32,000 nucleotides of DNA from Halorhodospira halophila SL1 (GCF_000015585.1 NC_008789.1:2100001-2132000); one strand, 5' to 3'; shown: positions 1-10,320, counted from the first letter of the stretch. Notes: generated by a model not told the origin, from the letters alone. Made by a program: numbers and translations.

Positions 1-2032
1 GAATCTGCCACTCGTCGTTCTCCTCCACCGCCAGGGAGGTGTGCTCGGCGTACTGCTCGTCGAAGAGGTTGTTCACCGCCAGCGCCAGGGTCAGGCGGTC
101 GTCGGCCCACGGCTGCCACTCGGCCTGCACGTCGTGGAGTTGGTAGCCGTCGCGCTCCGGCTCGTCGTCGGGGACGTCGGTGTGATCCCCCACCCAGGTG
201 AGCGTGTAGCCCAGGGTCAGGGTCTCGTGGGCCGCCCAGCGCTGATCGAAGACCAGACGGTCACCGCCGCCCCCACCCAGGCGCCGGATCACCCCCACCG
301 GGTCGCCGTCGTCGTCCACGGCCTCGGCGCTGAGGAACGAAAGCCGGGCGTCGTAGGGGCCCACGCCCCAGGCGGCGCGCAGTTCGTAGCCGCGCAGGCG
401 GACCGGATCGGGGCGGTTGCGGACGCCCCCAACCAGCGGGGCGTCCTCATCCCAGAACGCGTCATGTCGCCTATCGGGCGGCAGGTTGTGCTGGTGCGGT
501 GTGCCCCACGGGTCATCCCGCTCAACACTGTTTTTGATCCGCGTCTCGAAGAGCGTCGCCTCGAAGTCGAAGCGGTCCCGGGCCGTGATCAGATCCCGCC
601 CCTGGTAGCGCAGGCCGCCCTCGCGCCGGCGGGACTCCTCGGCCTCGAACGGCTCGCCGTCATTCAGATTGGTCTCTTCGTCGTCGATGTAGGCCAGCCA
701 GCCGATCGGCAGGATCCCGGCGCCACTGACCGCCTCGCCGTAGCCGGCGAAGGCGGTCCACCCGGCAGTCAGGTCGTACTCCGCACTGAAGTTGGGCGAG
801 ACGGCATCGCCTTGGAGGGTCTCCTCCTGCAGGTCGGTGACATAGTCGTCGTAACGCAGCCCGGCGGAGAGGCGCAACCGCTCCCAGGCCATGCGGTTCT
901 GCACGAAGGCGCCGAAGTTGCGCGACTGGTGACTGAGCCTCGAGCCGCCTCCGTGGGGGTCGCTGCGCCCGTCCTCGGTGTAGTAGTCGAAACCGGCGGT
1001 GAGCCGGTGACGGGTCGGCCCGGCGTCCAGGGTGAAGGTGTTGCGCAGGTCGCCGCCTTGCTCGACGGCGCGGGTGGTGGTGTTGTCGTCCTGGCGTTCC
1101 AGGCGGTTGTCGTTGCGGTAGACCCGGGCCTGCCAGTCCACGTGGGGGTCGGCCGGGCGGTAGCGGTGCTCGGCGGTCCAGGTGTCGCGGCGCTGCTCCT
1201 GGCCCACCGGGTCTTGGCGTGTCGTCTCGCTCGGATCACCGAAGTCACTGCCCCAGGAGCCGTAATGGTGATCCCCCTCGAAGGTGTTGCGCTGCACGCC
1301 GAGACGCAGCTGATGGCCCGATGCCGGCACGCGGCTGATGCGCGCCAGGTAGTCGCGATCGCGCCCGCCGGAGTACGGCATGGTGTCGCCGCCGCCGACC
1401 CGGTAGTCGTCCCGGTTGACCGCACCGATATGGGCCAGGGCGCCCCAGTCGCCGCCCAGCCGGCCGAAGGCGGTGGCCGAGCCGCGCTCGGCCTCGTCGG
1501 CGCTGGCGTAGCCGGCGCGCAGGCGGGCCCCAGTCTCTTCGTCGGGGTCGAGCAGATCCTGGGCGTCCACCGTCTCGAAGCGCACCGAACCGCCCAGCGC
1601 ACCGGGGCCCTGGTCCGCCGCCGGACGCGGGTCGAGATCGGCCGCCCGCAGCAGATCCGGGTCCAGACCGGTGAGGCCGCCGCGGTGCTGGTGGAGGTCC
1701 CGCCCCTGGCGGGCCCCGTCCACGGTGACGTTGAGGTTGTTGGACTCGACACCGCGCAGGTAGAGCCGCTGCGCGTTGCGGCTGCCACCGCCGACCCCGG
1801 CCGAGGCCTCGCCGCGGAAGATCTCGGCGCTGCTCGAGGCCTGGCGGCGCTGCAGGGCTTCGCTGGCCACGCCGCGGCCCAGGGGATCGCCGCCGGCCTC
1901 GATGCGCACCGGCGAGAGGCTGGTGGAGGACGCGTGCTCATCGCCCTCCTCCGCGGCCCCGGCCGGTACCGAGACCGCCGCAGCCAGCAGGGCGCCTAAC
2001 AGGCGCACAGCCGTTGGTTCATGGGTGTTCAT
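1..2032 (-). CDS. TonB-dependent outer-membrane receptor. The 3-prime end runs off the left edge of the window, and it is absent from the ORF track because there is no in-window stop.
   Basis: Manual translation of the minus strand from the ATG at 2032-2030 (GAGGAG SD about 8 nt upstream). It gives a signal peptide MNTHEPTAVRLLGALLAAAVSVPAGA, a plug-like LYLRGVESNNLNVTVDGARQ, GALGGSVRFETVDAQDLL, and a C-terminal-type NNLFDEQY. The frame stays open to base 1. A cobalamin riboswitch lies directly upstream. Confidence 0.8.
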   Translation of the reverse strand, partial: MNTHEPTAVRLLGALLAAAVSVPAGAAEEGDEHASSTSLSPVRIEAGGDPLGRGVASEALQRRQASSSAEIFRGEASAGVGGGSRNAQRLYLRGVESNNLNVTVDGARQGRDLHQHRGGLTGLDPDLLRAADLDPRPAADQGPGALGGSVRFETVDAQDLLDPDEETGARLRAGYASADEAERGSATAFGRLGGDWGALAHIGAVNRDDYRVGGGDTMPYSGGRDRDYLARISRVPASGHQLRLGVQRNTFEGDHHYGSWGSDFGDPSETTRQDPVGQEQRRDTWTAEHRYRPADPHVDWQARVYRNDNRLERQDDNTTTRAVEQGGDLRNTFTLDAGPTRHRLTAGFDYYTEDGRSDPHGGGSRLSHQSRNFGAFVQNRMAWERLRLSAGLRYDDYVTDLQEETLQGDAVSPNFSAEYDLTAGWTAFAGYGEAVSGAGILPIGWLAYIDDEETNLNDGEPFEAEESRRREGGLRYQGRDLITARDRFDFEATLFETRIKNSVERDDPWGTPHQHNLPPDRRHDAFWDEDAPLVGGVRNRPDPVRLRGYELRAAWGVGPYDARLSFLSAEAVDDDGDPVGVIRRLGGGGGDRLVFDQRWAAHETLTLGYTLTWVGDHTDVPDDEPERDGYQLHDVQAEWQPWADDRLTLALAVNNLFDEQYAEHTSLAVEENDEWQI

Positions 2033-2174
2033 GGTCAGCGCTCCTCGTCTTGCGACGGGCGCTGGCGACTTCTGCTGGGGGAGGCCCGACGACGAAACGC
2101 CGCCGCGCCAGAAGGCGGGTCAGACCGACTGTTGCCCCCCAGGCGCGCCGCCCGCACGCCGTTTCATGGGTTGC

Positions 2175-2392
2175 TGTGGGCCGGTCTCCGGGCTCGTGGG
2201 GGGCGCTGGACGCGCCGGTGCGGACCGCCTTCCCACGAGGGCCGCCGGATGACGGCTGTCTCGCAGTGGCCTGTGATCCGCAGGCCCCACCTACCGTTGC
2301 GGGGGCAGCGCCGGCTTCACTGCAGCGAGGCAGCTGGACCGGACTTCCCGTTTAACCCGCCGACGATCCGATCTCGCCGACGGGCACCCACA
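2175..2392 (-). promoter_or_regulatory. Cobalamin (AdoCbl) riboswitch a, leader of the receptor at 1-2032
   Basis: Minus-strand read: tgtgggtgcc...gggttaaacgggaagtccggt...gccggcgctgcccccgcaacggtaggtgggg...GCCACTG (B12 box, plus-strand cagtggc at 2264-2270)...gggaaggcgg...agcccggagaccggcccaca. The 5-prime tgtgggtgcc and 3-prime ggcccaca can close P1. Confidence 0.85.
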
Positions 2393-2404
2393 TCGAAGGG
2401 GCGG

Positions 2405-2434
2405 AGTCTAGGCGGGCCGAACGGGCGGTTGCAA
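2405..2434 (-). promoter_or_regulatory. Putative sigma70-type promoter for riboswitch a (TTGCAA-N18-TAGACT)
   Basis: Minus-strand TTGCAA (2434-2429) and TAGACT (2410-2405) with an 18-nt spacer. The predicted TSS falls a few nt before the P1 5-prime strand. Confidence 0.35.
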
Positions 2435-2512
2435 ATCGATGAGCCGGACAGTTCGTCGCAGCAGACAGTCCTCGTACCCCCGTCGGGGAGGAACCACGGA
2501 CGGGACGAGCGC

Positions 2513-3964
2513 CTAGGTCGACGGCCGCGCAGGTACGCCCAGCGCCTTTAACCAGCCCGGCTCGAGGGCCTGCTCCAGGGTGTCGGCGAGCCGGTCCAGC
2601 TCCGCCTCGATGCGCGCCTGCTCGTCGCCGCCCTCGCCCTCCAGGGCGAACCACTCCACCAGCAGGGCACGGCGGAACGGTCCGCTGTCGAACAGCCGGT
2701 GGAGGTAGCTGCCGAGCACGCGACCGTCATCGGAGCGCGCCACGAAGGGGAAGAGCCCCTCTTGGGCGCCGGTTACGCCGTGGTGGATCTCGTAGCCGGT
2801 GACCGCCACGGGCGCCGGCCACTCGGCGTGGCCGTGCACCTCGGCGAGCTGCTTGGTCGGCGCCAGACGGGTGTGCACCGGCAGCAGACCCAGCCCCGGT
2901 GCGCTGCCGCCGCCCTCGACGCCTTCCGGGTCTTCGATGCCCTCGCCGAGCATCTGCAGCCCGCCGCAGAGGCCGACCACCCGACCCCCATAGCGGCAGT
3001 GGCGATAGAGCGCCTCGGCCATGCCCGACTCGCGCAGCCAGGCCAGATCCGAGAAGACGTGCTTGGACCCGGGCAGGACGATGAGATCGGCGCCGTCGAG
3101 CTCCCGGGGCTGGCGGGCGAAGCGAACGTGCACCCCGGACTCGGCGTCCAGGGCGTCGAGATCGTCGTGGTTGCTCATCCGCGGATAGGCCACCGCCACC
3201 ACTTGCAGGGCGCCGCCGGAGCCGCGCGGCCCGGCCATCCGGTACGGGGCATCCTCCTCGGGCAAGTGCAGATCGGGCACGGCGGGGACGACGCCGATCA
3301 CCGGCACCCCGCCCCGGGCCTCCAGCTGGGCTGGCGCCTCGCCGAGGAGTTCGGGGCTACCGCGGAAACGGTTGATGATCAGCGCCTCCACCCGGCGCCG
3401 GTCGGCGTCGTCGAGCCACTCCAGGGTGCCGAGCAGGGAGGCGAAGACCCCGCCGCGATCGATGTCGCCGACCAGCCAGACCGGCACATCGGCCGCCTCG
3501 GCAAAGCCCATGTTGGCGATATCCCCCTGGCGCAGGTTGGGCTCCGCCGGCGAACCCGCCCCCTCCACCAGCACCACGTCGTAGGCGGCGCACAGGCGCT
3601 GGAAGGACTCGAGCACCGGCGGCAGCAGCGGCTGGCGGGCCTCGCGGAAGGCGCGCGCCTCCAGCCGCCCGGTGACGTGGCCCTGGACCACCACCTGGGC
3701 GGTGCGCTCGGCCTCGGGCTTGAGTAGCACCGGGTTCATGTCGGTGTGCGCCGGCAGCCCAGCAGCCAGGGCCTGAAGCCACTGACCGCGCCCGATCTCG
3801 CCACCGTCGGCGGTGACCGCCGCATTGTTGCTCATGTTCTGCGGCTTGAACGGCGCCACGCGGACGCCGTGGCGGGCGAGCAGCCGGCACAGCCCCGCCA
3901 CCAGCGCCGTCTTGCCGGCGCCGGAGCAGGTGCCCTGGAGCATCAGGGTGCGGGCTCTCACCAC
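2513..3964 (-). CDS. cobQ: Cobyric acid synthase (CobQ/CbiP)
   Basis: 483 aa. N-terminal LMLQGTCSGAGKTALVAGLCRLL...APFKPQNMSNNA, and a C-terminal glutamine amidotransferase-like GLCGGLQMLG. Overlaps cobO by 7 nt. Confidence 0.92.
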   Translation of the reverse strand: MVRARTLMLQGTCSGAGKTALVAGLCRLLARHGVRVAPFKPQNMSNNAAVTADGGEIGRGQWLQALAAGLPAHTDMNPVLLKPEAERTAQVVVQGHVTGRLEARAFREARQPLLPPVLESFQRLCAAYDVVLVEGAGSPAEPNLRQGDIANMGFAEAADVPVWLVGDIDRGGVFASLLGTLEWLDDADRRRVEALIINRFRGSPELLGEAPAQLEARGGVPVIGVVPAVPDLHLPEEDAPYRMAGPRGSGGALQVVAVAYPRMSNHDDLDALDAESGVHVRFARQPRELDGADLIVLPGSKHVFSDLAWLRESGMAEALYRHCRYGGRVVGLCGGLQMLGEGIEDPEGVEGGGSAPGLGLLPVHTRLAPTKQLAEVHGHAEWPAPVAVTGYEIHHGVTGAQEGLFPFVARSDDGRVLGSYLHRLFDSGPFRRALLVEWFALEGEGGDEQARIEAELDRLADTLEQALEPGWLKALGVPARPST

Positions 3965-4578
3965 TCGATCCCCGGCTGGGCGCGGACCCCGGCCTCGAAG
4001 GCGTGACGGGCCGAGGCGATCTCGCTGACCGTATCCGCGGCGTCGATCAGCGGCTGCGGGGCGTAGCGCCCGGTGACTACCACGTGCTGCCCGTAGGGCC
4101 GCCGGGACAGATCATCGAGCACCTCGCCAAGCTCCAGGTACTCGTAGCGCAGGACGGTGCACAGCTCGTCGAGCACCACCAGCGACGGGCCCTGCTCGCA
4201 CAACCACCCCCGGGCAGCCCGCCAGGCTGCCTGGGCCGCCGCCACATCCCGCTCGCGATCGGCGGTCTCCCAGGTGAAGCCCTCGCCCATCACCTGCCAG
4301 TCCACCCCGGGCTGATCGCGGAAGAAGGCCTCTTCGCCGGTGGCCTGCCGTCCCTTGATGAACTGCATCACTCCGGCCGTGCGGCCGTGACCGAGGGTAC
4401 GCGCGACCATCCCCAGCGCCGAGGAGCTCTTGCCCTTCCCGGAACCGGTGAGCACCAGCAGCACACCCCGATCCTGCTGGGCGCGGGACCGGCGCTCTTC
4501 CATCACCGCTCTCTTGCGCTCCATGCGCGCGGCGTGGCGTTGCGGATCCTTCGCATCTTCACGCATCGCTTCTCTCAC
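3958..4578 (-). CDS. cobO: Cob(I)yrinic acid a,c-diamide adenosyltransferase, CobA/CobO/BtuR type
   Basis: 206 aa. P-loop LVLTGSGKGKSSSALGMVAR, then MQFIKG and LVVLDEL, which are typical of CobO. Confidence 0.88.
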   Translation of the reverse strand: MREAMREDAKDPQRHAARMERKRAVMEERRSRAQQDRGVLLVLTGSGKGKSSSALGMVARTLGHGRTAGVMQFIKGRQATGEEAFFRDQPGVDWQVMGEGFTWETADRERDVAAAQAAWRAARGWLCEQGPSLVVLDELCTVLRYEYLELGEVLDDLSRRPYGQHVVVTGRYAPQPLIDAADTVSEIASARHAFEAGVRAQPGIEW

Positions 4579-4627
4579 CTCCTTACCTTCGGGGGACCAC
4601 CGGGCACCGGCGGCAGATCGACGTAGC

Positions 4628-5890
4628 CTAACGACTGAACAGGCCGGCGACGACCTCGGGAGCCGAGGGGAAATAGGCGTGGAAGTAGGTGGCCGTCAGC
4701 GACCCGACCCGATAGACCGCCTCGGCCGGGCTGCCACTGCGCCGGGTGGTAGACTCCGCCGGCTCCAGGGCGGTCTCCAGCCGGGAGTGGTGGAAGGTGT
4801 GGCCGCGCAGCTCGCCGTCCGGTCGCGCCAGGCTCTGCAGGCCGATCCCGGTCAGGCGACCGGCCATCTCGACGCGCCCGGGCAACAGCCCAAGCATCGG
4901 GTGCGTCACCCCCTCGCCGTCCACCAGGGACTCGGCGCAGTACATCAGCCCGCCGCACTCGGCGAGGATCGGCTTGCCGGCCTGGTGGTGCGCGTGGATC
5001 GCCGCCCACAGCCCGCTGTTGGCAGCCAGGGTGGCGGCGTGGAGCTCCGGGTAACCGCCGGGTAGCCACAGGGCGTCACAGGCCGGCAGCGCAGTGTCGT
5101 GCAGCGGCGAGAACGGCACCACCTCCGCCCCCATCGCTTCGAGCAGCTCCAGATTGCCACGGTAGATGAAGGCGAAGGCCGCATCCCGGGCCACGGCGAT
5201 CCGCTGACCGACCAGCCGTCGCGGCGGTGGCGGCAACGGATCGGCCTCCAGGGTGACCGCCGGGGGCAGTGCACCGAGCCCGGCATCGGCCAGCACGGCC
5301 GCTGCCGCATCCAGACGCGCATCCAGGTCGGCCACCTCGTCGGCCTGGACCAGCCCCAGATGGCGATCGGGCAGATGCATGGCGTCGTCGCGGGGCACCG
5401 CCCCCAACCAGGCCACCCCCTCGGGCAGACTGCCGGCGAGCATGCGCGCGTGGCCAGGGCTGCCCACCCGGTTGGCGATGGCGCCGATCACCTGCACATC
5501 CGCGCGGTGCCGGGCCAACCCACCGACCACGGCGCCGAAGGTCTCGGCCATGGCGCGGGCGTCGATCACCAGCGCCACCGGCAGACCGGCCAACGCCGCC
5601 AAGTCGGCACTGGAAGGGTCCCCGTCGAACAGCCCCATGGACCCCTCCACCAGCACCACGTCGGCCTCGCGGGCCGCGGCGGCCAGGCGGTCGCGGCACT
5701 CGGCAGCCCCGGTCATCCACGGGTGGAGCTGATACACCGGAGCCCCGGAGGCCCGTTCCTGGATCATCGGATCCAGGTAGTCCGGCCCGTGCTTGAACAC
5801 CCGCACCCGCCGTCCGGCGTTGCGGTGCAGCCGGGCCAGGGCTGCCGTGATCATCGACTTGCCCTGCCCCGAGCCGGGCGCGGCGAGCAT
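4628..5890 (-). CDS. cbiA: Cobyrinic (or hydrogenobyrinic) acid a,c-diamide synthase (CbiA/CobB)
   Basis: MLAAPGSGQGKSMITAALARLHR...FKHGPDYLDP and C-terminal ILAECGGLMYC. Start set at the ATG at 5890, because the 6058 start in the track would overlap the usp gene by about 140 nt. Confidence 0.88.
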   Translation of the reverse strand: MLAAPGSGQGKSMITAALARLHRNAGRRVRVFKHGPDYLDPMIQERASGAPVYQLHPWMTGAAECRDRLAAAAREADVVLVEGSMGLFDGDPSSADLAALAGLPVALVIDARAMAETFGAVVGGLARHRADVQVIGAIANRVGSPGHARMLAGSLPEGVAWLGAVPRDDAMHLPDRHLGLVQADEVADLDARLDAAAAVLADAGLGALPPAVTLEADPLPPPPRRLVGQRIAVARDAAFAFIYRGNLELLEAMGAEVVPFSPLHDTALPACDALWLPGGYPELHAATLAANSGLWAAIHAHHQAGKPILAECGGLMYCAESLVDGEGVTHPMLGLLPGRVEMAGRLTGIGLQSLARPDGELRGHTFHHSRLETALEPAESTTRRSGSPAEAVYRVGSLTATYFHAYFPSAPEVVAGLFSR

Positions 5891-5916
5891 CAGCGCGGGC
5901 GTGCCCACGGCCGCTC

Positions 5917-6768
5917 CTAACGCAGGATGAGCAGCGGCGTGCTCGAACGCATGATCATGTGCGTCGTGGTACTGCCGACAAAGAACCGGCGCAGCCGCGA
6001 GTGGCCGAAGGCCCCCATGGCCATCAGGTGAATGTCCTTCTCCTTGCGGTAGTTGCACACGGTCTCATCGATGCCGCCCGGGCGGACCTCGGCGTGCACG
6101 GTATACCCGGCTTCCTCCAGCTGCTGGCGCGGCCCCAGCAGGCGCTCACGGTTGACCGCCGTATCGGCATCCACCAGCAACAGGTGCGCCTCGAGGCCCT
6201 GAAGCAGCGGGCTCTCGGTGATGCGGTCCACCACCTTCTGGGCTGCCGGGCTCCCGTCGTAGGCGATCAGGAAGCGTTCCGGCTCCCGGAAATCCAGGGG
6301 GGCAACGAGGATCGGCTTCTGCACCCGGCGGATGGTGCTCTCCAGATGGCTGCCGATGTGCTGCGCCAGGGCGTCGCCGTCCTCGCCCTGCTTGCCAAGG
6401 ACCAGCAGCCGCATCTCGTCCTGGGCGTCGGCCAGCACGTCGGTAACCTCGCCGTTGCGCAGCAGCCGGCCGGGATTCTCGATGCCCTGCTCGCGGGCCC
6501 GGGCCATGGCGTCCTCCAGGATGGCACGCGCCTGTTCGCGGGCGAGTTTGCCGCGCTGCTCCTCGAGCGTAACCATCTCGTCGAGGAGATTCTCGCGCAC
6601 CCCAAAGGTCAGATTGCCGCTGAGATCCCGATCGCGCTCGCCGTGCGGGTTGCGGAATGCGTGCAGAAAGGTCAGGGGCGCATCCAGCCGTTTCGCTGCC
6701 CAGACCGCATGATCACAGACGGCCGGCGACGAGCGGGACCCGTCGACACTGGCAATGACTTTGCTCAT
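5917..6768 (-). CDS. Universal stress protein, tandem Usp domains
   Basis: MSKVIASVDGS...LTFLHAF in the first domain and FLIAYDGS...MGAFGHSRLRRFFVGSTTTHMIMRSSTPLLILR in the second. The ATG at 6768 has a GGAG 9 nt upstream. The alternative ATG at 6783 adds 5 aa. Confidence 0.8.
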   Translation of the reverse strand: MSKVIASVDGSRSSPAVCDHAVWAAKRLDAPLTFLHAFRNPHGERDRDLSGNLTFGVRENLLDEMVTLEEQRGKLAREQARAILEDAMARAREQGIENPGRLLRNGEVTDVLADAQDEMRLLVLGKQGEDGDALAQHIGSHLESTIRRVQKPILVAPLDFREPERFLIAYDGSPAAQKVVDRITESPLLQGLEAHLLLVDADTAVNRERLLGPRQQLEEAGYTVHAEVRPGGIDETVCNYRKEKDIHLMAMGAFGHSRLRRFFVGSTTTHMIMRSSTPLLILR

Positions 6769-6790
6769 TCGTTCGGACTCCATTGCGTGC

Positions 6791-8284
6791 TCAGTGGCCC
6801 ATCAGCCGCTCGACGGCGTCCGGCTCGTTATGGACCGCGTAGCGATCAACGATGGTGGCCGTCGCCTCATTCATGCCGACGATCTCCACCTCAACGCCTT
6901 CGCGGCGGAAGTTTATGACGACCCGGTCAAGCGCTGCCACCGACGTAATGTCCCAGAAGTGCGCCCGGGTCAGGTCGATGGTGACCGTATCCAGGTCCTC
7001 GCCGAAGTCGAAGGACTCCCGGAAGCGCTCGGCGGAGGCGAAGAAGACTTGGCCGACCACCTCGTAGCGCCGGTGCAGAGTCTGGTCATCGGGCAGCGAC
7101 TGCACGTCGGAGCGGACGTACATAAAGCGACTGACCTTGTTGGCGAAGAACAGCGAGGCGAGGAGCACGCCGGTGAGCACGCCGATGGCCAGATTGTGGG
7201 TGAACACGGTCACGCCCACCATGCTGACCATGACGATGTTGGTACTCAGCGGGTGGTCCTTCATATCGCGAAGCGACCGCCAACTAAAGGTACCGATGGC
7301 CACCATGATCATCACGGCAACCAGGGCGGCCATGGGGATCATCTCCAGCAGCGGGGTGAGGAAGACCACCAGGACCAGCAGGACGACACCGGCCACCAGC
7401 GAGGACAGCCGCCCCCGGCCACCGGATTTCACATTGATGATGGACTGACCGATCATCGCGCAGCCGGCCATGCCGCCCACACTACCGGCGGCGATGTTGG
7501 CAATGCCCTGCCCCTTGCACTCGCGGTCGCGGTCCGTCTCCGTATCGGTCAGGTTGTCGACGATCCCCTGGGTCATCATCGACTCGAGCAGCCCCACCAC
7601 GGTCAGCGCCAAGGCATAAGGCAGGACGATCCACAACGTCTCTAGGTTCAACGGGACGTCGGGCCAGAGGAAGACCGGCAGGGTATCCGGCAACTTGCCC
7701 ATATCACCGACGGTGGGGACGTCCATACCGAGGAACCAGGCGATCGTGGTCAGCACCACGATGGTGACCAGCGGCGACGGCACCAGCCGCGTCAGGTAGG
7801 GGAGCAGATAGATCAGCGCCAGGCCACCGGCGACCATGGGGTACACCGCCCAGGGGACATCGATCAGCTCGGGTAGCTGCGCCATGAAGATGAGGATCGC
7901 CAGGGCGTTCACGAACCCGGTCATCACCGAGTTGGAGATAAAGCGCATCAACTGCCCGACCCGCAGGTAGCCGGCGATGATCTGCAGCACGCCGGTCAGC
8001 AGCGTAGCGAACAGCAGGTACTCCAGCCCGTGGTCCTTGACCAGGGTGATCATCAGCAGCGCCATCGCCGCCGTCGCCCCGGAGATCATGCCGGGCCGGC
8101 CGCCGGTGAAGGCGATCACCACGGCGATGCAGAACGAGGCGTAGAGCCCCACCTGCGGGTCGACGCCCGCCATGATCGAAAAGGCAATCGCCTCAGGGAT
8201 CAACGCCAGCGCAACGATGATGCCCGCCAGCACGTCGGCCCGCACGTTGCCGAACCACTCCCGTTGAATCCGATCCCAGTTCAT
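6791..8284 (-). CDS. SulP-family anion (sulfate/bicarbonate-type) permease with C-terminal STAS domain
   Basis: [41 protein letters not shown], multiple TM segments, and a STAS-like [23 protein letters not shown]. Start at the ATG at 8284 (AGGGGA SD). The longer start in the track adds 20 aa. Confidence 0.85.
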   Translation of the reverse strand: MNWDRIQREWFGNVRADVLAGIIVALALIPEAIAFSIMAGVDPQVGLYASFCIAVVIAFTGGRPGMISGATAAMALLMITLVKDHGLEYLLFATLLTGVLQIIAGYLRVGQLMRFISNSVMTGFVNALAILIFMAQLPELIDVPWAVYPMVAGGLALIYLLPYLTRLVPSPLVTIVVLTTIAWFLGMDVPTVGDMGKLPDTLPVFLWPDVPLNLETLWIVLPYALALTVVGLLESMMTQGIVDNLTDTETDRDRECKGQGIANIAAGSVGGMAGCAMIGQSIINVKSGGRGRLSSLVAGVVLLVLVVFLTPLLEMIPMAALVAVMIMVAIGTFSWRSLRDMKDHPLSTNIVMVSMVGVTVFTHNLAIGVLTGVLLASLFFANKVSRFMYVRSDVQSLPDDQTLHRRYEVVGQVFFASAERFRESFDFGEDLDTVTIDLTRAHFWDITSVAALDRVVINFRREGVEVEIVGMNEATATIVDRYAVHNEPDAVERLMGH

Positions 8285-8536
8285 CACTTCCCCTGATTGC
8301 GTGAAGCCAATGGCCCGATGGTGGCGAGCTGCCCATGAGGACATGACTGCCGTGCGGCGCCGAAGAGACGGCGCGCTCAGGACAGCAATGTGCTCGTAAA
8401 GGGAGACCCAGGCCGAGAAGAGACCGGGGCGAAGCCTACGCAGTGAAGCATCGGCCGCCGGCCGCGAAGGGTGCGGATCCTAGCAGACCATTGAAGGAAA
8501 TGATAGTGAGAGCCCTCAGGATCAGGTGCCCGCGGA

Positions 8537-8566
8537 TTGACGCCGGGCAACCATCAACCCGATACT
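8537..8566 (+). promoter_or_regulatory. Putative sigma70-type promoter for the ParA-like gene (TTGACG-N18-GATACT)
   Basis: Hexamers read directly at 8537-8542 and 8561-8566, about 55 nt upstream of the GTG start. Confidence 0.3.
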
Positions 8567-8620
8567 TGCGAGCGCTCCCGCGATCTCTAACCGGTTGGCC
8601 AAGCGGGGCAGGAGGCAAGC

Positions 8621-9412
8621 GTGAATCGCGTGATCTTCAACCAGAAAGGCGGGGTGGGCAAATCCACCATCACCTGCAATCTGGCCGCCATCAGTGCTGC
8701 CAGCGGGTTACGGACCCTGGTGGTCGACTCCGATCCGCAGGGCAACTCCTCGCAGTACCTGCTCGGCGGTGCCGCAGAGACCTGCGAACACACCATCGCC
8801 GACTTCTACGCCTCGACGCTGGGCTTCCGGCTCGGGCCACGCAAGCCCGCCGACCTGGATCAGTTCATCACCGAGACCCCGTTCGAGAACCTCTCCATCC
8901 TGCCGGCCAACCGGGAGCTGGAGGCACTGCAGAATAAGCTGGAGGCGCGCTACAAGATCTACAAGCTGCGCGACGCCCTCTCCAGCCTGCAGACCCCCTT
9001 CGATGCCATCTACATCGACACCCCGCCGGCGCTGAACTTCTTCAGCCGCTCGGCACTGATCGCCGCACAGCGCTGCCTGATCCCCTTCGATTGCGACGAC
9101 TTCTCCCGTCGAGCGCTCTACGAGCTGGTCGAGCACCTGGAGGAGATCCGCGAGGATCACAACGAGGCGTTGCGGGTCGAGGGGATCGTGGTGAATCAGT
9201 TCCAGCCCAGCGCCAACCTCCCCCGGCAGCTGGTCGAGGAGCTGATCAATGAGGAACTGCCCATCCTCGCCCCGCACCTGAACAGCTCCGTCAAGGTCCG
9301 CGAGTCGCACCAGAACGCCCAGCCGCTGATCCACTGGGCGCCAAAGCACAAGCTGACCGGGCAGTTCCGCGAGCTCTACGAGAACCTCAACGGCGCGACC
9401 GTCACCTCCTAG
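8621..9412 (+). CDS. ParA/Soj-family deviant Walker-A ATPase, with no parB-like partner in the window
   Basis: 263 aa. GTG start with an [25 protein letters not shown] (KGGxxGKS with the signature lysine), then VVDSDPQGN and IYIDTPPAL. Confidence 0.85.
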   Translation: MNRVIFNQKGGVGKSTITCNLAAISAASGLRTLVVDSDPQGNSSQYLLGGAAETCEHTIADFYASTLGFRLGPRKPADLDQFITETPFENLSILPANRELEALQNKLEARYKIYKLRDALSSLQTPFDAIYIDTPPALNFFSRSALIAAQRCLIPFDCDDFSRRALYELVEHLEEIREDHNEALRVEGIVVNQFQPSANLPRQLVEELINEELPILAPHLNSSVKVRESHQNAQPLIHWAPKHKLTGQFRELYENLNGATVTS

Positions 9413-9424
9413 CCCGCCCGACGC

Positions 9425-9880
9425 TCAACCCTGCGACGGGCGGCGGGCCAGGATGCGGTCGAGTTCGTTGGCAAAGGCCTGCCGATCGCGCTGGCTCAGG
9501 GCGGCCGACCCCCCGGTATCCACGCCGCTGGCGCGCAGGGTATCCATGAAGTCACGCATGTTCAGCCGCTCACGGATGGTCTCCGGCGTATAGCGCTCAC
9601 CGCGGGGGTTGAGGGCCTGCGCGCCGGCCTCGATGACCTCGGCGGCCAGCGGGATATCGCCGGTGATCACCAGGTCCCCGGCCGCTACCCGGCGGACGAT
9701 CTCATGGTCCGCCACATCGAACCCAGCCGCCACCTGAACGGAGCGGATGACCGGCGACGGCGGGACGCGGATCGGGTGATTGGCCACCAGGGTCAGTTCC
9801 ACCCCGGTGCGCTGGGCGGCGCGAAAGAGGATCTCCTTGATGGCTCCCGGACAGGCGTCCGCGTCGACCCAGATTCTCAT
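9425..9880 (-). CDS. yaiI: UPF0178/YaiI (DUF188) family protein
   Basis: [24 protein letters not shown]...[14 protein letters not shown]. Start moved to the ATG at 9880. The extension in the track would overlap crcB. Confidence 0.75.
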   Translation of the reverse strand: MRIWVDADACPGAIKEILFRAAQRTGVELTLVANHPIRVPPSPVIRSVQVAAGFDVADHEIVRRVAAGDLVITGDIPLAAEVIEAGAQALNPRGERYTPETIRERLNMRDFMDTLRASGVDTGGSAALSQRDRQAFANELDRILARRPSQG

Positions 9881-9930
9881 GATGCGCCCCCAGATTGCCT
9901 CGGTAACGGTCTCAGCGCGACGGCCGCTGA

Positions 9931-10320
9931 TCAGCCACCGAGCCGTCGCTGCGTCACAGCGTAACCGATCGCCACCGCTCCCAGGCAGAGGACCGTGGTG
10001 GCCAGCACGTTGGCGCCGGCCCACGCGGGGGCCCGTTCCAGGAGCGCCAGGGTCTCCAGGTTGAAGATCGAGAACGTGGTAAACCCGCCGCAGAAGCCGT
10101 TCACGGCGAACTGCCGCCAGTGGACGGGTAACGCCCGCTCGCCCGGATCCGACGCCGCCCAGGCGGCCACGATACCGATCAACAGCGAGCCGATCGTGTT
10201 CACCAACAGCGTGCCCCAGGGGAAGGCGACCCAGCCGGCCGCCACCATGACCCCATCGACGCCGTAGCGGCTCACCCCGCCCAGCGCGCTGCCGGCGGCC
10301 ACCCAGAGGGTGATCCTCAT
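9931..10320 (-). CDS. crcB: Fluoride channel CrcB/FluC, copy 2 of a tandem pair
   Basis: 129 aa with 4 TM segments. [23 protein letters not shown] and [11 protein letters not shown] motifs. Confidence 0.88.
   Translation of the reverse strand: MRITLWVAAGSALGGVSRYGVDGVMVAAGWVAFPWGTLLVNTIGSLLIGIVAAWAASDPGERALPVHWRQFAVNGFCGGFTTFSIFNLETLALLERAPAWAGANVLATTVLCLGAVAIGYAVTQRRLGG

Noticed and set aside
41-1999. 652-aa plus-strand ORF, plus the 390-aa minus-strand ORF at 769-1941
   Set aside because: Both have Arg/Ala/Gly/Pro-dominated low-complexity translations with no recognisable motifs. The third minus-strand frame gives a coherent TonB-dependent receptor with SD, signal peptide and plug motifs. 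These are high-GC shadow ORFs.
2014-2654. Several 100-176-aa ORFs (2014-2355, 2021-2551, 2352-2654) between the receptor gene and cobQ
   Set aside because: They lie entirely inside the cobalamin riboswitch, leader and promoter region, and their translations are Arg/Pro-rich nonsense.
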